Source: Candidatus Nealsonbacteria bacterium
GTDB lineage: Bacteria > Patescibacteriota > Minisyncoccia > Minisyncoccales > PWPS01
NCBI GenBank assembly: GCA_003555075.1
Contig: PWHW01000002.1
Span: forward strand, 96,210 to 160,209
Reading direction: 5' to 3'
DNA length: 64,000 bases
Part shown: piece after piece, positions 1-9,930 of the stretch
How the letters are laid out: the number at the start of each line of letters is the position of its first letter
Position numbering within the stretch: the stretch's first letter is position 1
The notes under the pieces: generated by a model
The model's input: only the letters and a program-made list of their open reading frames with translations
Told to the model about the DNA's origin: nothing
The model's database searches: none
Position numbers and translations under genes: made by a program

Positions 1-1367
1 AGTCCATAATCAAAAGGGCAGAGAAGGTCAATGACAAAGGAAAGATTCGGAAGCTCAACAAGGAAGAAAAGAAAAGGATCCTTTCTCAAGTGGATGAAAT
101 GTCCGAGAAAGCAATGAGGACCATTGCTCTTGCCTATCGAGAGGTGGATGGAAAAAAAGAGAAGGTAGAAGGAGAGATGTTGGCGAACTTGATTCTTGTG
201 GGGGTGGTGGGAATGATAGATCCTCCTCGAGCGGAGGTAAGGGATGCAGTAAAAAGAGCCCATGATGCGGGGATAAGAGTGGTTATGTGTACCGGTGACC
301 ATAAAGGAACTGCTGCCGCTATTGCGAGCGAAGTAAGTATTTCAAGAGAAAATGAGAGTTATCCTGAATCTCTTGAGGAATCCGAGTTAAAAAGTATGAG
401 TGACGAAGAGTTCAAGGATGCTGTGGAGAATGTCAATGTTTTTGCCCGTCTTACTCCTCAAATGAAAAGGAAGATAGCTCGAGTCTTGCAAGAAGAGAGT
501 GGTGCTACGATAGCTATGACCGGTGACGGAGTGAACGATGCTCCTGCTGTGAAACAAGCCGATATAGGTATTTCCATGGGTATTATGGGTACTGATGTTA
601 CAAAAGAGGCGGGAGATATAGTACTTGCCGATGACAACTTTGCTTCTATTGTTAACGCCATAGAAGAAGGAAGGATCGTTTTTGAGAACACAAGAAAATC
701 AAGCTCCTCTCTTTTAAGTAGTAATTTTGCGGAAATGGGCACCCTTATAACTTTTCTTCTTATGGGCCTTCCGTTACCTCTTCTTCCCACTCAGATCCTG
801 TGGGTCAATCTTGTTACCGATGGAGTAGTAGGGGTGCCTCTTGCTCTCGAGCCCAAGCACGAGGATATATTAAAAAGACCCCCTAGAGACAAGAATGAGA
901 CCATTCTTACTTTTCAAATAGTTCCTTACTTCATTTTAATGACTGTTTTAATGGTAGGATTGACATTTTTCGTTTTTAATATGCTTTATGAACCTACTAT
1001 TCAAGAGGTTTTTGCGAATACGGGTGACATGGAAAAAGCTAAAGAGGTGGCCCTTAATACGGCCCGAACAGGAGCTTTCACGGTCATAGCTCTTACCCAA
1101 CTTTATGGTGCCATCAATTTAAGATCCATTGATAAATCCATTTTCAAAGTGGGCTTTTTTAGTAATAAGTACATGATGATCGGCCTTTTGATTGGAGTAG
1201 CTCTGCAGTTTGCGGTTATTTGGATTCCTCCGCTTCAAGAGATTTTCCATTTTGAAACTTTGCCTTTTGAGAAAGTTATCTTCGTGCTCATCATTACTTC
1301 GCTTGTATTTTGGGTAGGTGAGATATATAAGTATATTCATTACAGGGTTATAAGGAAAGAATCATAA
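1..1367 (+). CDS. P-type cation-transporting ATPase, C-terminal part (5' end truncated by the window edge)
   Basis: Partial ORF with frame starting at nt 3. Contains the P-type hinge motifs 'VVMCTGDHKGTA' (TGD) and 'MTGDGVNDAPAVKQADIGISMG' (GDGxNDxP), followed by about four hydrophobic helices typical of the type II ATPase C-terminus. Confidence 0.85.
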   Translation, partial: SIIKRAEKVNDKGKIRKLNKEEKKRILSQVDEMSEKAMRTIALAYREVDGKKEKVEGEMLANLILVGVVGMIDPPRAEVRDAVKRAHDAGIRVVMCTGDHKGTAAAIASEVSISRENESYPESLEESELKSMSDEEFKDAVENVNVFARLTPQMKRKIARVLQEESGATIAMTGDGVNDAPAVKQADIGISMGIMGTDVTKEAGDIVLADDNFASIVNAIEEGRIVFENTRKSSSSLLSSNFAEMGTLITFLLMGLPLPLLPTQILWVNLVTDGVVGVPLALEPKHEDILKRPPRDKNETILTFQIVPYFILMTVLMVGLTFFVFNMLYEPTIQEVFANTGDMEKAKEVALNTARTGAFTVIALTQLYGAINLRSIDKSIFKVGFFSNKYMMIGLLIGVALQFAVIWIPPLQEIFHFETLPFEKVIFVLIITSLVFWVGEIYKYIHYRVIRKES

Positions 1368-1399
1368 GTTCTTTAAAAATTTAAAAGGAGGGGTTTTCA

Positions 1400-2473
1400 A
1401 TGAAAACTCTGGAAGACCTTAATTTGGAAAGGGAGAAAGTTTTGGTTAGAGTTGACTTTAACGTCAGCTTGAATGAAAAGGGTGAGATCCTGGGAGATGA
1501 AAGAATAAGAATGGTCTTGCCCACTATTGATCATTTAATGGAGAAGGGTGCCAAGATCACTCTTGTGTCGCATCTTGGAAGGCCCAAAAAGAGGGAAGGA
1601 AGATTAAGCTTGGCTCCGGTTGCAAAGAGGTTAGCGGAGATGTCGGGGTATGAAGTGGCGCTTTTTGACATTGTTTCCTCCACCAATGTGCTCTTGGGTC
1701 GTTACAACCGAAGGGGGCGTGAGAGGGGAACTCTTATTCTTCTTGAGAACCTTCGTTTTTCAGAAGGAGAAGAAAAGAATGATAGTGATTTTGTGCAAAT
1801 GCTTGCAAAATTTGGAAGGATGTTCGTGCAAGATGCATTTTCCAGTTGTCACAAAAAACATGCTTCCATCGTTGGCCTTCCGAGGATCTTGCCGTCTTGC
1901 TCCGGACTTCTTATGGAAAAGGAAGTGGAAAAACTTTCGGGAGTGATTAAAGATCCGAAAAGGCCCTTTGTGGTGATCATGGGAGGCAAGAAGGTTGATA
2001 CGAAAGCTCGTGCAATAGAGAGTCTTTTGGAAATTGCCGACGAGCTTTTGGTGGGCGAGTTGATAGGTAAAGAAATAAAGGAGAATGGGATTTTTTTGAA
2101 GCATCCCGAAAAGCTGGTTGCTCCGGTTGATAGTGTCAATGGAAGAGATTTGGGACCGCAGACCATAGAGATCTTCAAGAAAAAGATACGGTCTGCCGGT
2201 ACGGTTTTTTGGAATGGACCAGTTGGAGAATTCGAGAAAGATTCTTACTGCTTGGGGACAAAAGAGATTGCGAAAGCAGTTGCTTCTTCCGGTTATTCCG
2301 TGGCAGGCGGAGGAGAAACAATGGAGGCCATTAAGAGCCTTGGGTTATTGAATGAAATAGATCATGTTTCTACCGGGGGAGGGGCGACTCTTGAATTCTT
2401 GGGGAGGAACGGTGATCTGCCCGGCATTTGGGCGCTTCGTAATTCTCCTAGTCATAATTTTGGAATAGAATGA
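1400..2473 (+). CDS. pgk: phosphoglycerate kinase
   Basis: 357-aa ORF with a PGK-like N-terminus 'RVDFNVSL'. The full length is colinear with PGK and carries a C-terminal 'GGGA' nucleotide-binding segment. The RBS GGAGGGG lies 7 nt upstream. Confidence 0.88.
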   Translation: MKTLEDLNLEREKVLVRVDFNVSLNEKGEILGDERIRMVLPTIDHLMEKGAKITLVSHLGRPKKREGRLSLAPVAKRLAEMSGYEVALFDIVSSTNVLLGRYNRRGRERGTLILLENLRFSEGEEKNDSDFVQMLAKFGRMFVQDAFSSCHKKHASIVGLPRILPSCSGLLMEKEVEKLSGVIKDPKRPFVVIMGGKKVDTKARAIESLLEIADELLVGELIGKEIKENGIFLKHPEKLVAPVDSVNGRDLGPQTIEIFKKKIRSAGTVFWNGPVGEFEKDSYCLGTKEIAKAVASSGYSVAGGGETMEAIKSLGLLNEIDHVSTGGGATLEFLGRNGDLPGIWALRNSPSHNFGIE

Positions 2474-2498
2474 AAATGTTTTCCGGAGTTAAGATAAA

Positions 2499-2530
2499 CT
2501 GTGCTTTACTATATGCACAGTTTTATTTTT
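2499..2530 (+). terminator. rho-independent terminator after pgk
   Basis: Hairpin CTGTGC-N10-GCACAG followed by TTTTATTTTT. Confidence 0.6.
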
Positions 2531-2537
2531 CTCACCC

Positions 2538-2571
2538 GTACCTATATTCCACAATTGTGGAATATAGGTAC
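2538..2571. promoter_or_regulatory. 34-bp perfect palindrome (candidate operator) upstream of uvrB
   Basis: GTACCTATATTCCACAA|TTGTGGAATATAGGTAC is a perfect inverted repeat. It is not followed by a T-run, and it sits about 35 nt upstream of a sigma70-like promoter for uvrB. Confidence 0.45.
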
Positions 2572-2604
2572 AGGTTTGAGGTGTTGTCAGGGTAATGGTT
2601 ATTA

Positions 2605-2632
2605 TTGAATTTAAGGTGATAAGTGCTATAAT
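2605..2632 (+). promoter_or_regulatory. sigma70-like promoter for uvrB-uvrA
   Basis: TTGAAT-N16-TATAAT. Confidence 0.5.
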
Positions 2633-2692
2633 TACCATAGTTTAAAGAAGGAAGAGTCCCCCTAGTAAGACCACAAAGGGGGCAGTTTTGTT

Positions 2693-4666
2693 ATGAATTT
2701 TAAGTTGAAGGCGAATTTTGAGCCGGCGGGAGATCAGCCCAAGGCGATAAAAGAGTTAACAAAAAATGTTAGAGAGGGTCTTGATAAGCAGACCCTTCTT
2801 GGGGTTACAGGGTCTGGAAAGACCTATACCATAGCAAAGGTTATTGAGGAGACGCAAAAACCTGCTTTGGTGATAAGTCACAACAAGACCCTTACCGCTC
2901 AATTGTGCAACGAATTCAGACACTTTTTTCCGAATAATTCCGTGCACTATTTTGTCTCTTATTATGACTATTATCAGCCGGAAGCTTACATAAAACAAAC
3001 AGATACTTATATAAGAAAAGAAGCTCTTATCAATGAAGAGATAGATAAGCTTCGTCATGCTGCGACAACAGCTCTTCTAACAAGAAACGATGTGATCATT
3101 GTAGCCTCTGTGTCATGTATATATGACCTGGGGCTTCCTTCTGTTTATGAAAAGAATATTTTTAGAATCAAAAAAGGGGAAGAAAGGACGAGAAGAGAGA
3201 TTATCGAATCTTTGGTAAAAATGCATCTTACCAGAACTCCTTCTGTACTTGAAAGGGGGAGGTTCCGTGTTCAAGGCGACGTATTGCAAATAGCACCGGT
3301 GAATGAGGATATCATTTATCGCGTAGAGCTTTCAGGAGATAGAATTGAGAAGATTTTCGCAATGGATCCCGTAGAGGGTTTTATTCCCGGAGTAACTCCG
3401 GAAACTGAAGAGATCGTGCTTTCCCCCGTAAGACATTTTCTTTCCGAGGAAAGAGGAACGGAGGAGGCTATAAAAAAAATAGAAGAAGAGCTGAAAGAAC
3501 GAATTGCTTACTTTGAAAAGAGAGATATGCCTCTGGAGGCTGAAAGAATAGAGCAGATAACAAGAAATGATATAGCCAGACTAAGGGAGATGGGATATTG
3601 TCATGGAATAGAGAATTATTCTCGCCATCTTTCGGGAAGAGGGGCGGGAGAGTCACCTTCCTCTCTTCTTGATTATTTCAGAGAAGATTTTTTAACGGTA
3701 ATAGACGAATCGCACATTACCATTCCGCAGATCGGGGCTATGTATTACGGTAACAAATCCAGAAAGGAAGCGCTTATCAAGCATGGTTTTCGCCTTCCTT
3801 CGGCAATTGACAACAGGCCTCTTACTTTTCAAGAGTTTGAGGAGAGGGTAAAGCAGGCGATATATGTTTCTGCTACTCCTGCAGAATACGAGAGAGTAAA
3901 TAGCAAGAAGGTTGTAGAGCAGATCATAAGACCTACCGGACTTGTGGATCCCAAGGTTACAATCGCTCCCTGCGAAGGACAGATAAAGGATCTCTTGAGG
4001 AGAATAGATGAAAGGATAGGAAAGAATCAAAGAATACTTGTCACCACTTTAACAAAGAAAATGGCGGAAGATCTAACAGAGTATTTAAAAGAAAGAGATG
4101 TAAAGGTATCTTATATTCATAGTGATATCAAATCTCTTGAAAGAATAAAGATCCTTACTTCTCTAAGAAGAGGAGAGATAGATGTGGTAGTGGGGGTAAA
4201 CCTTTTAAGGGAAGGATTGGATCTTCCGGAGGTTTCTTTGGTAGCTATTTTGGATGCCGACAAAGAAGGTTTTTTGCGCAGCGAGACAGCTTTAATTCAA
4301 ACCATCGGAAGAGCTGCCCGAAACATAGAAGGGGAGGTCTTGGTCTATGCGGATGAGATCACGGGCTCCATAAAGCGTGCGCTGGAAGAAACAGAAAGAA
4401 GGAGAAAGTTACAGATAGATCATAACAAGAAGCACAATATTACTCCTCGGACAATAGAGAAAGAAATAGATGATATTGTTCCCACCAAGGAGGTGCTTGA
4501 GATAGAAACCAAGCCTCTTCCCGAGACCAAGGATGCCATGAAGAAGTTCATCAAAGAAAAGGAGGCGGAGATGAAGAAAGCGGCGAAGGATCTCAATTTT
4601 GAACTTGCAGCTATTTTACGGGATGAAGTAAAAGAATTAAAAAAGGAAATGGATAAGAAAAAATAA
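2693..4666 (+). CDS. uvrB: excinuclease ABC subunit B
   Basis: 657 aa with Walker A 'GVTGSGKT', helicase motifs and a C-terminal UVR coiled-coil ('[16 protein letters not shown]'). Confidence 0.95.
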   Translation: MNFKLKANFEPAGDQPKAIKELTKNVREGLDKQTLLGVTGSGKTYTIAKVIEETQKPALVISHNKTLTAQLCNEFRHFFPNNSVHYFVSYYDYYQPEAYIKQTDTYIRKEALINEEIDKLRHAATTALLTRNDVIIVASVSCIYDLGLPSVYEKNIFRIKKGEERTRREIIESLVKMHLTRTPSVLERGRFRVQGDVLQIAPVNEDIIYRVELSGDRIEKIFAMDPVEGFIPGVTPETEEIVLSPVRHFLSEERGTEEAIKKIEEELKERIAYFEKRDMPLEAERIEQITRNDIARLREMGYCHGIENYSRHLSGRGAGESPSSLLDYFREDFLTVIDESHITIPQIGAMYYGNKSRKEALIKHGFRLPSAIDNRPLTFQEFEERVKQAIYVSATPAEYERVNSKKVVEQIIRPTGLVDPKVTIAPCEGQIKDLLRRIDERIGKNQRILVTTLTKKMAEDLTEYLKERDVKVSYIHSDIKSLERIKILTSLRRGEIDVVVGVNLLREGLDLPEVSLVAILDADKEGFLRSETALIQTIGRAARNIEGEVLVYADEITGSIKRALEETERRRKLQIDHNKKHNITPRTIEKEIDDIVPTKEVLEIETKPLPETKDAMKKFIKEKEAEMKKAAKDLNFELAAILRDEVKELKKEMDKKK

Positions 4667-4670
4667 ACGT

Positions 4671-7169
4671 ATGAAGGAAAAAATCTCCATAAAAGGGGCC
4701 AGAGAGCACAACCTAAAAGGGGTGAATGTGGATATACCTCGCAACAAGATGACCGTGTTCACAGGTATTTCCGGTTCGGGAAAGTCATCTCTTGCATTCG
4801 ATACCATATTTTCCGAAGGGCAGAGAAGATACGTGGAGTCATTATCATCTTATGCCAGGCAATTTCTAAGCAAGACAGACAAGCCCGATGTAGACGAGAT
4901 AGAAGGACTTTCTCCTGCTATTTCCATAGATCAAAAGGCCAAATCACACAATCCTCGTTCCACGGTAGCTACCGTAACGGAGGTTTATGATTTCTTGAGA
5001 GTTCTCTTTGCAAGAGTAGGCAAGTCTCATTGCCCAAAGTGCGGAGAAGAGATAAGTTCTCTTGGCGTGGATCAAATAGTAGATCTTATTTTTGACCTCA
5101 AAGAGAAGGAATGTGTGACTGTTCTTTCACCCGTAGTCAGGGGTAGAAAAGGGGAATATTATCAGCTTTTGTATGATCTTTTGAATGACGGATTCAGAAA
5201 AGTACGTATAGATGGAAACTTTTATTCATTAAGAGAAAGAATAGTTATGCCCCGGTACGAAAGACATGATATTTCAGTGGTGGTTGATGAGGTTCCAATG
5301 AATACTTCGGAAAAAGAAGTGAGAATGAGGCTTACTGAAGCAGTGGAGACTGCACTGAACAAGGGTAACGGATTCTTGGAAGTGATCTATGGACAAGGGG
5401 AAAAGCAGTTCTCGGAAAAACTTTCTTGTCCAAAGGATAACTTTTCCTACCCGGAGATAGAACCTCGAATTTTTTCTTTTAATAGTCCTTATGGAGCTTG
5501 CCCCGATTGTAATGGACTTGGAAAAGAAGAGATGTTCTCTGAAAAGCCATGTAATACTTGTAAAGGAAAAAGGCTTCGTGAAGAAGCTTTGCACGTCTTG
5601 ATCGATGGAAAAAGCATAAATGACGTAGTAGAAATGTCCGTCCTGGAAAGTTCCAAGTTCTTTAATGACCTTCAAGGAAAGCTCGATGAGTACGAATCGG
5701 AAGTAGCCGAAGCTCCCTTGAGAGAGATAAGGGATAGAGTGGGTTTTTTGGTAGACATAGGTCTTGACTATCTTACTCTGGGAAGAGCCTCTCACACTCT
5801 TTCCGGAGGAGAAGCTCAGAGAATAAAATTGGCCTCTCAGGTGGGACTTAGGCTTGTAGGAACTCTTTATATTCTTGATGAACCGACGATAGGACTTCAC
5901 CAGGAAGATAACGAACGTCTTGTGAATACTCTCCAGAACCTTCGTGATCTTGGGAATACAATAATTGTGGTAGAGCATGATGAAAAGACCATTTTTTCTT
6001 CGGATTTTTTGGTTGATTTTGGCCCGGGAGCGGGAGTGAACGGAGGCAATATAGTGGCTTCCGGAGAAGTTCCTGATATCATGGAGGATAAATCCCAGAA
6101 CTCGCTCACTCTCCAATATTTACGAGGAGAAAAAGAGATTCCTCTCCCTGATAAGTGGAGGAAAATAAAACCCTCTACTCCTTTTTTAAAGATCAGAGGG
6201 GCCAAGGAAAACAATTTAAAAAATATCAACGTGGATATTCCTTTATCCCGGTTTGTTACGATCACGGGTGTTTCCGGGTCTGGTAAGAGCACTTTGGTGC
6301 ATGATGTTCTCTATAAACACTTGGCTAAAAAAATGAATAGATCAAAATTGGAAGCAGGGGAGTGTAATGCGATCATGGGAACCGAATATGTTGATAAGGT
6401 AATAAACATAAATCAATCTCCCATAGGAAAGACTCCTCGCTCCACCCCGGTTACTTATGTCGGCGCTTTTACAGACATTAGAGAGCTTTTTTCTTACAAT
6501 GAAGAAGCTAAAGTTCGAGGATGGAAGCCCGGAAGATTCAGTTTCAACGTGCCGGGGGGACGTTGCGAGAATTGTAACGGATATGGGTATATTCCCGTGG
6601 AAATGCATTTTCTTCCCACTATTTTTATTACTTGCCAGGTGTGCAAAGGAAAAAGATTTAACAGAGAAACTTTGGAAATAAAGTATCGAGGAAAAAGTAT
6701 ATTCGATGTTCTGAAAATGACGGTGGATGAAGCTCTGGAATTCTTTGAGGATACTCCCTGGATAGAGAAAAAGCTACGTATATTACAGGAGGTGGGGCTT
6801 GGTTATCTTTCATTGGGACAGTCTGCCACCACTCTTTCGGGAGGTGAGGCTCAAAGAGTAAAACTTTCCGCGGAGCTTGCTAAACCCGATACTCGCAATA
6901 CGGTATATATTTTGGACGAACCAACGGTCGGACTTCATTACGAGGATGTGAGAAAACTTATTGATGTACTACAGTTTCTTGTAAATAGGGGGAATACGAT
7001 CATTGTAATTGAGCATCATCTGGATGTAATAAAAAGCTCCGATTATGTCATAGATCTTGGTCCGAAAGGAGGGGAGCAAGGGGGGGAGGTAGTGACCTGC
7101 GGAGATCCTAAAAAAATATCGCGAAAAGCAAGTAGTTTTACGGGAAAACATCTTCGCAAGATTTTGTAG
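4671..7169 (+). CDS. uvrA: excinuclease ABC subunit A (compact, 832 aa)
   Basis: Two ABC ATPase modules ('GISGSGKSS' and 'GVSGSGKST'), two 'LSGGEAQR' signature motifs, and Zn-finger cysteines ([21 protein letters not shown]). It starts 5 nt after the uvrB stop. Confidence 0.93.
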   Translation: MKEKISIKGAREHNLKGVNVDIPRNKMTVFTGISGSGKSSLAFDTIFSEGQRRYVESLSSYARQFLSKTDKPDVDEIEGLSPAISIDQKAKSHNPRSTVATVTEVYDFLRVLFARVGKSHCPKCGEEISSLGVDQIVDLIFDLKEKECVTVLSPVVRGRKGEYYQLLYDLLNDGFRKVRIDGNFYSLRERIVMPRYERHDISVVVDEVPMNTSEKEVRMRLTEAVETALNKGNGFLEVIYGQGEKQFSEKLSCPKDNFSYPEIEPRIFSFNSPYGACPDCNGLGKEEMFSEKPCNTCKGKRLREEALHVLIDGKSINDVVEMSVLESSKFFNDLQGKLDEYESEVAEAPLREIRDRVGFLVDIGLDYLTLGRASHTLSGGEAQRIKLASQVGLRLVGTLYILDEPTIGLHQEDNERLVNTLQNLRDLGNTIIVVEHDEKTIFSSDFLVDFGPGAGVNGGNIVASGEVPDIMEDKSQNSLTLQYLRGEKEIPLPDKWRKIKPSTPFLKIRGAKENNLKNINVDIPLSRFVTITGVSGSGKSTLVHDVLYKHLAKKMNRSKLEAGECNAIMGTEYVDKVININQSPIGKTPRSTPVTYVGAFTDIRELFSYNEEAKVRGWKPGRFSFNVPGGRCENCNGYGYIPVEMHFLPTIFITCQVCKGKRFNRETLEIKYRGKSIFDVLKMTVDEALEFFEDTPWIEKKLRILQEVGLGYLSLGQSATTLSGGEAQRVKLSAELAKPDTRNTVYILDEPTVGLHYEDVRKLIDVLQFLVNRGNTIIVIEHHLDVIKSSDYVIDLGPKGGEQGGEVVTCGDPKKISRKASSFTGKHLRKIL

Positions 7170-7227
7170 TTTTTGCACAGTTTTTGTTATACTTCCATTA
7201 GCTAACATCAAAAGGAGGGCGAGTGGC

Positions 7228-7410
7228 TTGGCTTATATTGTTGAACGTTTACAGGGAGTAAATACTATAAGAATGAATGGAAGACAGGTTTTGGTAGCGG
7301 AGGTAAGGATAACCTATTATAATGTTGTTGACTGTGATTGTATTTGTGAACCTTATAAAGAATGTGAGCGTTGCAAGAGTGTCGTCACTCAAGTTAAAAA
7401 AGAAAGTTAG
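7228..7410 (+). CDS. hypothetical Cys-rich micro-protein (60 aa) between uvrA and uvrC
   Basis: TTG start 9 nt downstream of AGGAGG. The C-terminus 'DCDCICEPYKECERCKS' has five Cys in a metal-binding-like arrangement. Confidence 0.4.
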   Translation: MAYIVERLQGVNTIRMNGRQVLVAEVRITYYNVVDCDCICEPYKECERCKSVVTQVKKES

Positions 7411-7440
7411 TGATCTTGTGATCCATCTTAAGAGAGGAAG

Positions 7441-8640
7441 GTGAACCCTTCTTCTTCTTTTTCCATGAAGAAAGAAGAGATAAAAAATATTCCGGAAAAT
7501 CCCGGGGTCTATATTTTCAAAAATGTAAAAGGAGAAGTGATCTATGTGGGAAAAGCGGCCAATTTGAGGCGACGCGCTAGCAGTTATTTTTCAGGAAGAA
7601 ATATAAAAGACAGCAGGATAGCGGAGGAGGCGCGAGATATTGAGTACGAGGAGACAGAAACAGTGATAGAAGCTCTTATAAGGGAAGCTGAGCTTATAAA
7701 GAAATACAGACCCTCTTATAATATAAAAGAAAACGATGACAGGAGCTTCCTTCATGTGGTGATAACCGATGAAAATTATCCGAGGGTTTTGCTCACAAGA
7801 GGTAAGGATCTTGAAAATTACAAGAAAAGAAGTGTTTTTGGGCCTTTTGTGTATTCTTCTGAAATAAGAAATGCTTTAAAGATAATAAGAAGAATATTTC
7901 CTTATTCTACTCATACCGAGAAAGAAATAGGGAAAGGAAGGGGTTGCTTCTATCATCAAATAAATCTTTGTCCGGGAGTATGTGCGGGAAAGATGAGTAG
8001 AAGCGAATATCTCAAGAATATTAGGAATATAGAACTTTTTTTGAAGGGAAAAAGGAAGGAAATAATATCAAGACTTACAAAGAGAATGAAAGAAGCGAGT
8101 AAAAAAATGGAATATGAAAAAGCAGAGGAATTCAAAAGAAAGATCGATGCCCTCTCTTACATACAAGAAACCGCTCTTTTGAGTAAAAAGGAAAAAGGCG
8201 ATGGTGTTCTTAGGATAGAGGGTTATGATGTGTCAAATATATCGGGAGATCTTTCCGTGGGATCCATGGTGGTATTCAAAGGAGGAGAACCTTCAAAAAG
8301 TGATTACAGGTTGTTCAATATAAGAAGTGTACGAGGACCGAATGATATCGATATGATAAAAGAAATTCTAAGAAGAAGAGTTGAGAATAATTGGCCGCTT
8401 CCTTCTGTTATTGTTGTTGATGGAGGGGAAGGTCAGGTGAATGGAACCAAAGAGGTTCTCGGGGAAAAGGGGCTCGATATTCCGGTGGTAGGCATCGCAA
8501 AGGGTGTAGATAGGAAAGGGGAGCGAATGGTCGGGGATAGTGTGAAGGTGGAAAAGGACATTTTAATAAAAGTTCAAAGAGAAGCTCATCGGTTTGCCTT
8601 AAGTCATCATAGGAGAACCAGGAAAAAGAACTTCCTATAA
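7441..8640 (+). CDS. uvrC: excinuclease ABC subunit C, compact form lacking the C-terminal (HhH)2 domain
   Basis: GIY-YIG motif 'GVYIF...VIYVGKAANLRRRASSYF', a UVR-like helix 'YEKAEEFKRKIDAL', and the UvrC endonuclease region 'EGYDVSNISGD...VDGGEGQVN'. The ORF-track start is GTG at 7441; an ATG at 7465 fits the usual N-terminal length better. Confidence 0.85.
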   Translation: MNPSSSFSMKKEEIKNIPENPGVYIFKNVKGEVIYVGKAANLRRRASSYFSGRNIKDSRIAEEARDIEYEETETVIEALIREAELIKKYRPSYNIKENDDRSFLHVVITDENYPRVLLTRGKDLENYKKRSVFGPFVYSSEIRNALKIIRRIFPYSTHTEKEIGKGRGCFYHQINLCPGVCAGKMSRSEYLKNIRNIELFLKGKRKEIISRLTKRMKEASKKMEYEKAEEFKRKIDALSYIQETALLSKKEKGDGVLRIEGYDVSNISGDLSVGSMVVFKGGEPSKSDYRLFNIRSVRGPNDIDMIKEILRRRVENNWPLPSVIVVDGGEGQVNGTKEVLGEKGLDIPVVGIAKGVDRKGERMVGDSVKVEKDILIKVQREAHRFALSHHRRTRKKNFL

Positions 8641-8703
8641 AGAGACATTTGTTATAATATATCTATGGCAGCTTGGTAAAAATTAATTATTACTTTATTT
8701 ACT

Positions 8704-9249
8704 ATGAAGGAAGAAAAGTTCAATGGAATAACCGTGAAACGTATTGTAGTGGGATCCTTGGAAACCAACTGTTATCTTGTATTTTCTGACGATGAAATGG
8801 TGGTGGTGGATCCGGGAGGAGATTCCAAGAAAATAATCGATGAAATAAAGAATTCCAAGATCGTTCCCAATATTATTATCAATACCCACCATCATCCTGA
8901 TCATGTTTCTGCAAATGAAAAAGTAAAGGATGCTACAGGTGCGGAAATATTTGAAGGATTGAGAGAGGGTTATGAGATAAATTTGGGAAATAACAAACTG
9001 AAAGTTATGGAAACTCCCGGTCACACAAAGGACAGTATTTCTTTGCTTGGCGAAGGTTTCCTTATAAGCGGCGATGTTCTTTTTTCGGAAGGGCATGGAA
9101 GAACGGATCTTCCCGGGGGATCGGGAGAGGAGATGACCAAGACACTGAATAGATTAAGAAGGGAGATACCGGATGAAGTAACGATCTATCCCGGGCACGG
9201 AGAACCCTTTAAAATGAAGGAAGGAAAGAAGGTTTGTTTCTTGATGTAA
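8704..9249 (+). CDS. MBL-fold metallo-hydrolase
   Basis: 'INTHHHPDHVSAN' (HxHxDH), downstream His/Asp ligands 'PGHT', 'SGDVLF' and 'YPGHG'. 181 aa. Confidence 0.8.
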   Translation: MKEEKFNGITVKRIVVGSLETNCYLVFSDDEMVVVDPGGDSKKIIDEIKNSKIVPNIIINTHHHPDHVSANEKVKDATGAEIFEGLREGYEINLGNNKLKVMETPGHTKDSISLLGEGFLISGDVLFSEGHGRTDLPGGSGEEMTKTLNRLRREIPDEVTIYPGHGEPFKMKEGKKVCFLM

Positions 9250-9307
9250 TTATATTGAAAACTTGCTGTTGTTGTGCTAAAATAGCTTGCAGTCCTTTTG
9301 GAGGATT

Positions 9308-9390
9308 GGGTCGGTACCAAAGCGGCCAAATGGGGCAGACTGTAAATCTGCTGGCGTTAGCCTTCGGGGGTTCGAATCCCTCCCGGCCCA
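9308..9390 (+). tRNA. tRNA-Tyr (GTA) with long variable arm
   Basis: Acceptor GGGTCGG/CCGGCCC, anticodon stem GCAGA/TCTGC with loop CTGTAAA (GTA), long variable arm, T-arm GGGGG-TTCGAAT-CCCTC. Confidence 0.8.
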
Positions 9391-9444
9391 CAGCCATAGT
9401 AATGAAACAGAAATAATACGGGACAAATTCAAGATAAAAAAGAG

Positions 9445-9516
9445 GCCGAGATAGCTCAGTGGCAGAGCACTTCCATGGTAAGGAAGGGGTCCCGGGTTCA
9501 AATCCCGGTCTCGGCT
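9445..9516 (+). tRNA. tRNA-Thr (GGT)
   Basis: Acceptor GCCGAGA/TCTCGGC, D-arm TAGCTCAGTGGCAGAGC, anticodon stem CTTCC/GGAAG with loop ATGGTAA, T-arm CCGGG-TTCAAAT-CCCGG. Confidence 0.8.
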
Positions 9517-9539
9517 CAGCTAAATTAAAGTTCAAGATC

Positions 9540-9713
9540 ATGTCAACTAAAACAAAAAGACCATTTCTGAAACTGGAATGCAAAACCTGCAAGAAGGCCA
9601 ATTACCACATTCCAGTCACGAAAGGCAAAACAATAGAGAACGATAAAATGGAGGTAAAAAAGCATTGCAGGTGGTGCAAGAAACATACGGTTCATAAAAT
9701 GAAGCTCAAATAG
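9540..9713 (+). CDS. rpmG: 50S ribosomal protein L33 (zinc-ribbon type)
   Basis: 57 aa 'MSTKTKRPFLKLECKTCKKANYH...KKHCRWCKKHTVHK', matching the L33 pattern C-x2-C...NY...C-x2-C...KHT.H. The ORF-track ORF 9459..9713 was trimmed because its 5' part overlaps tRNA-Thr. Confidence 0.85.
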   Translation: MSTKTKRPFLKLECKTCKKANYHIPVTKGKTIENDKMEVKKHCRWCKKHTVHKMKLK

Positions 9714-9765
9714 TTTTTTGCTTCAGAGAACTTTGCTTTTATTTGGAACCTTTATTTGATGAACT

Positions 9766-9840
9766 GGGGGCGTAGCTCTAATTGGCCAGAGCGAGGGTCT
9801 CCAAAACCCTAGGTTGCAGGTTCGAATCCTGCCGCCCCTG
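9766..9840 (+). tRNA. tRNA-Trp (CCA)
   Basis: Acceptor GGGGGCG/CGCCCCT with a G1-U72 wobble, anticodon stem AGGGT/ACCCT with loop CTCCAAA, T-arm GCAGG-TTCGAAT-CCTGC. Confidence 0.8.
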
Positions 9841-9930
9841 CATATTTGCCCGAGATTTTTTCTCGGGTTTTTGTTTTGTGATATCATAAAGAAAAGTTGG
9901 CTTAGATTTATAATCCTAGTATTTACAAGA

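Noticed and set aside
458-790. Minus-strand 110-aa ORF inside the P-type ATPase gene. The same applies to many other antisense ORFs in the track, e.g. 1650..1946, 1760..2104, 5274..6116, 13299..13604, 27197..27769 and 35375..35605.
   Set aside because: They are fully embedded in well-supported genes on the other strand. Their translations are low-complexity or nonsensical, and they have no RBS.
2499-2520. CTGT-N14-ACAG as a possible LexA/SOS box upstream of uvrB.
   Set aside because: The spacing is wrong for a LexA box. It is followed by a T-run and sits right after the pgk stop, so it is the pgk terminator.
8695-9096. Minus-strand 133-aa ORF opposite the MBL hydrolase gene.
   Set aside because: It is antisense to a motif-supported gene; the translation is hydrophobic and low-complexity.
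9459-9539. 5' part of the ORF-track ORF overlapping tRNA-Thr.
   Set aside because: The real gene is rpmG, starting at ATG 9540; the upstream part lies over the tRNA.
9814-9930. 5' extension of the deacetylase ORF overlapping tRNA-Trp.
   Set aside because: The extension overlaps the tRNA 3' end. A downstream ATG followed by a TM segment gives a sensible N-terminus.
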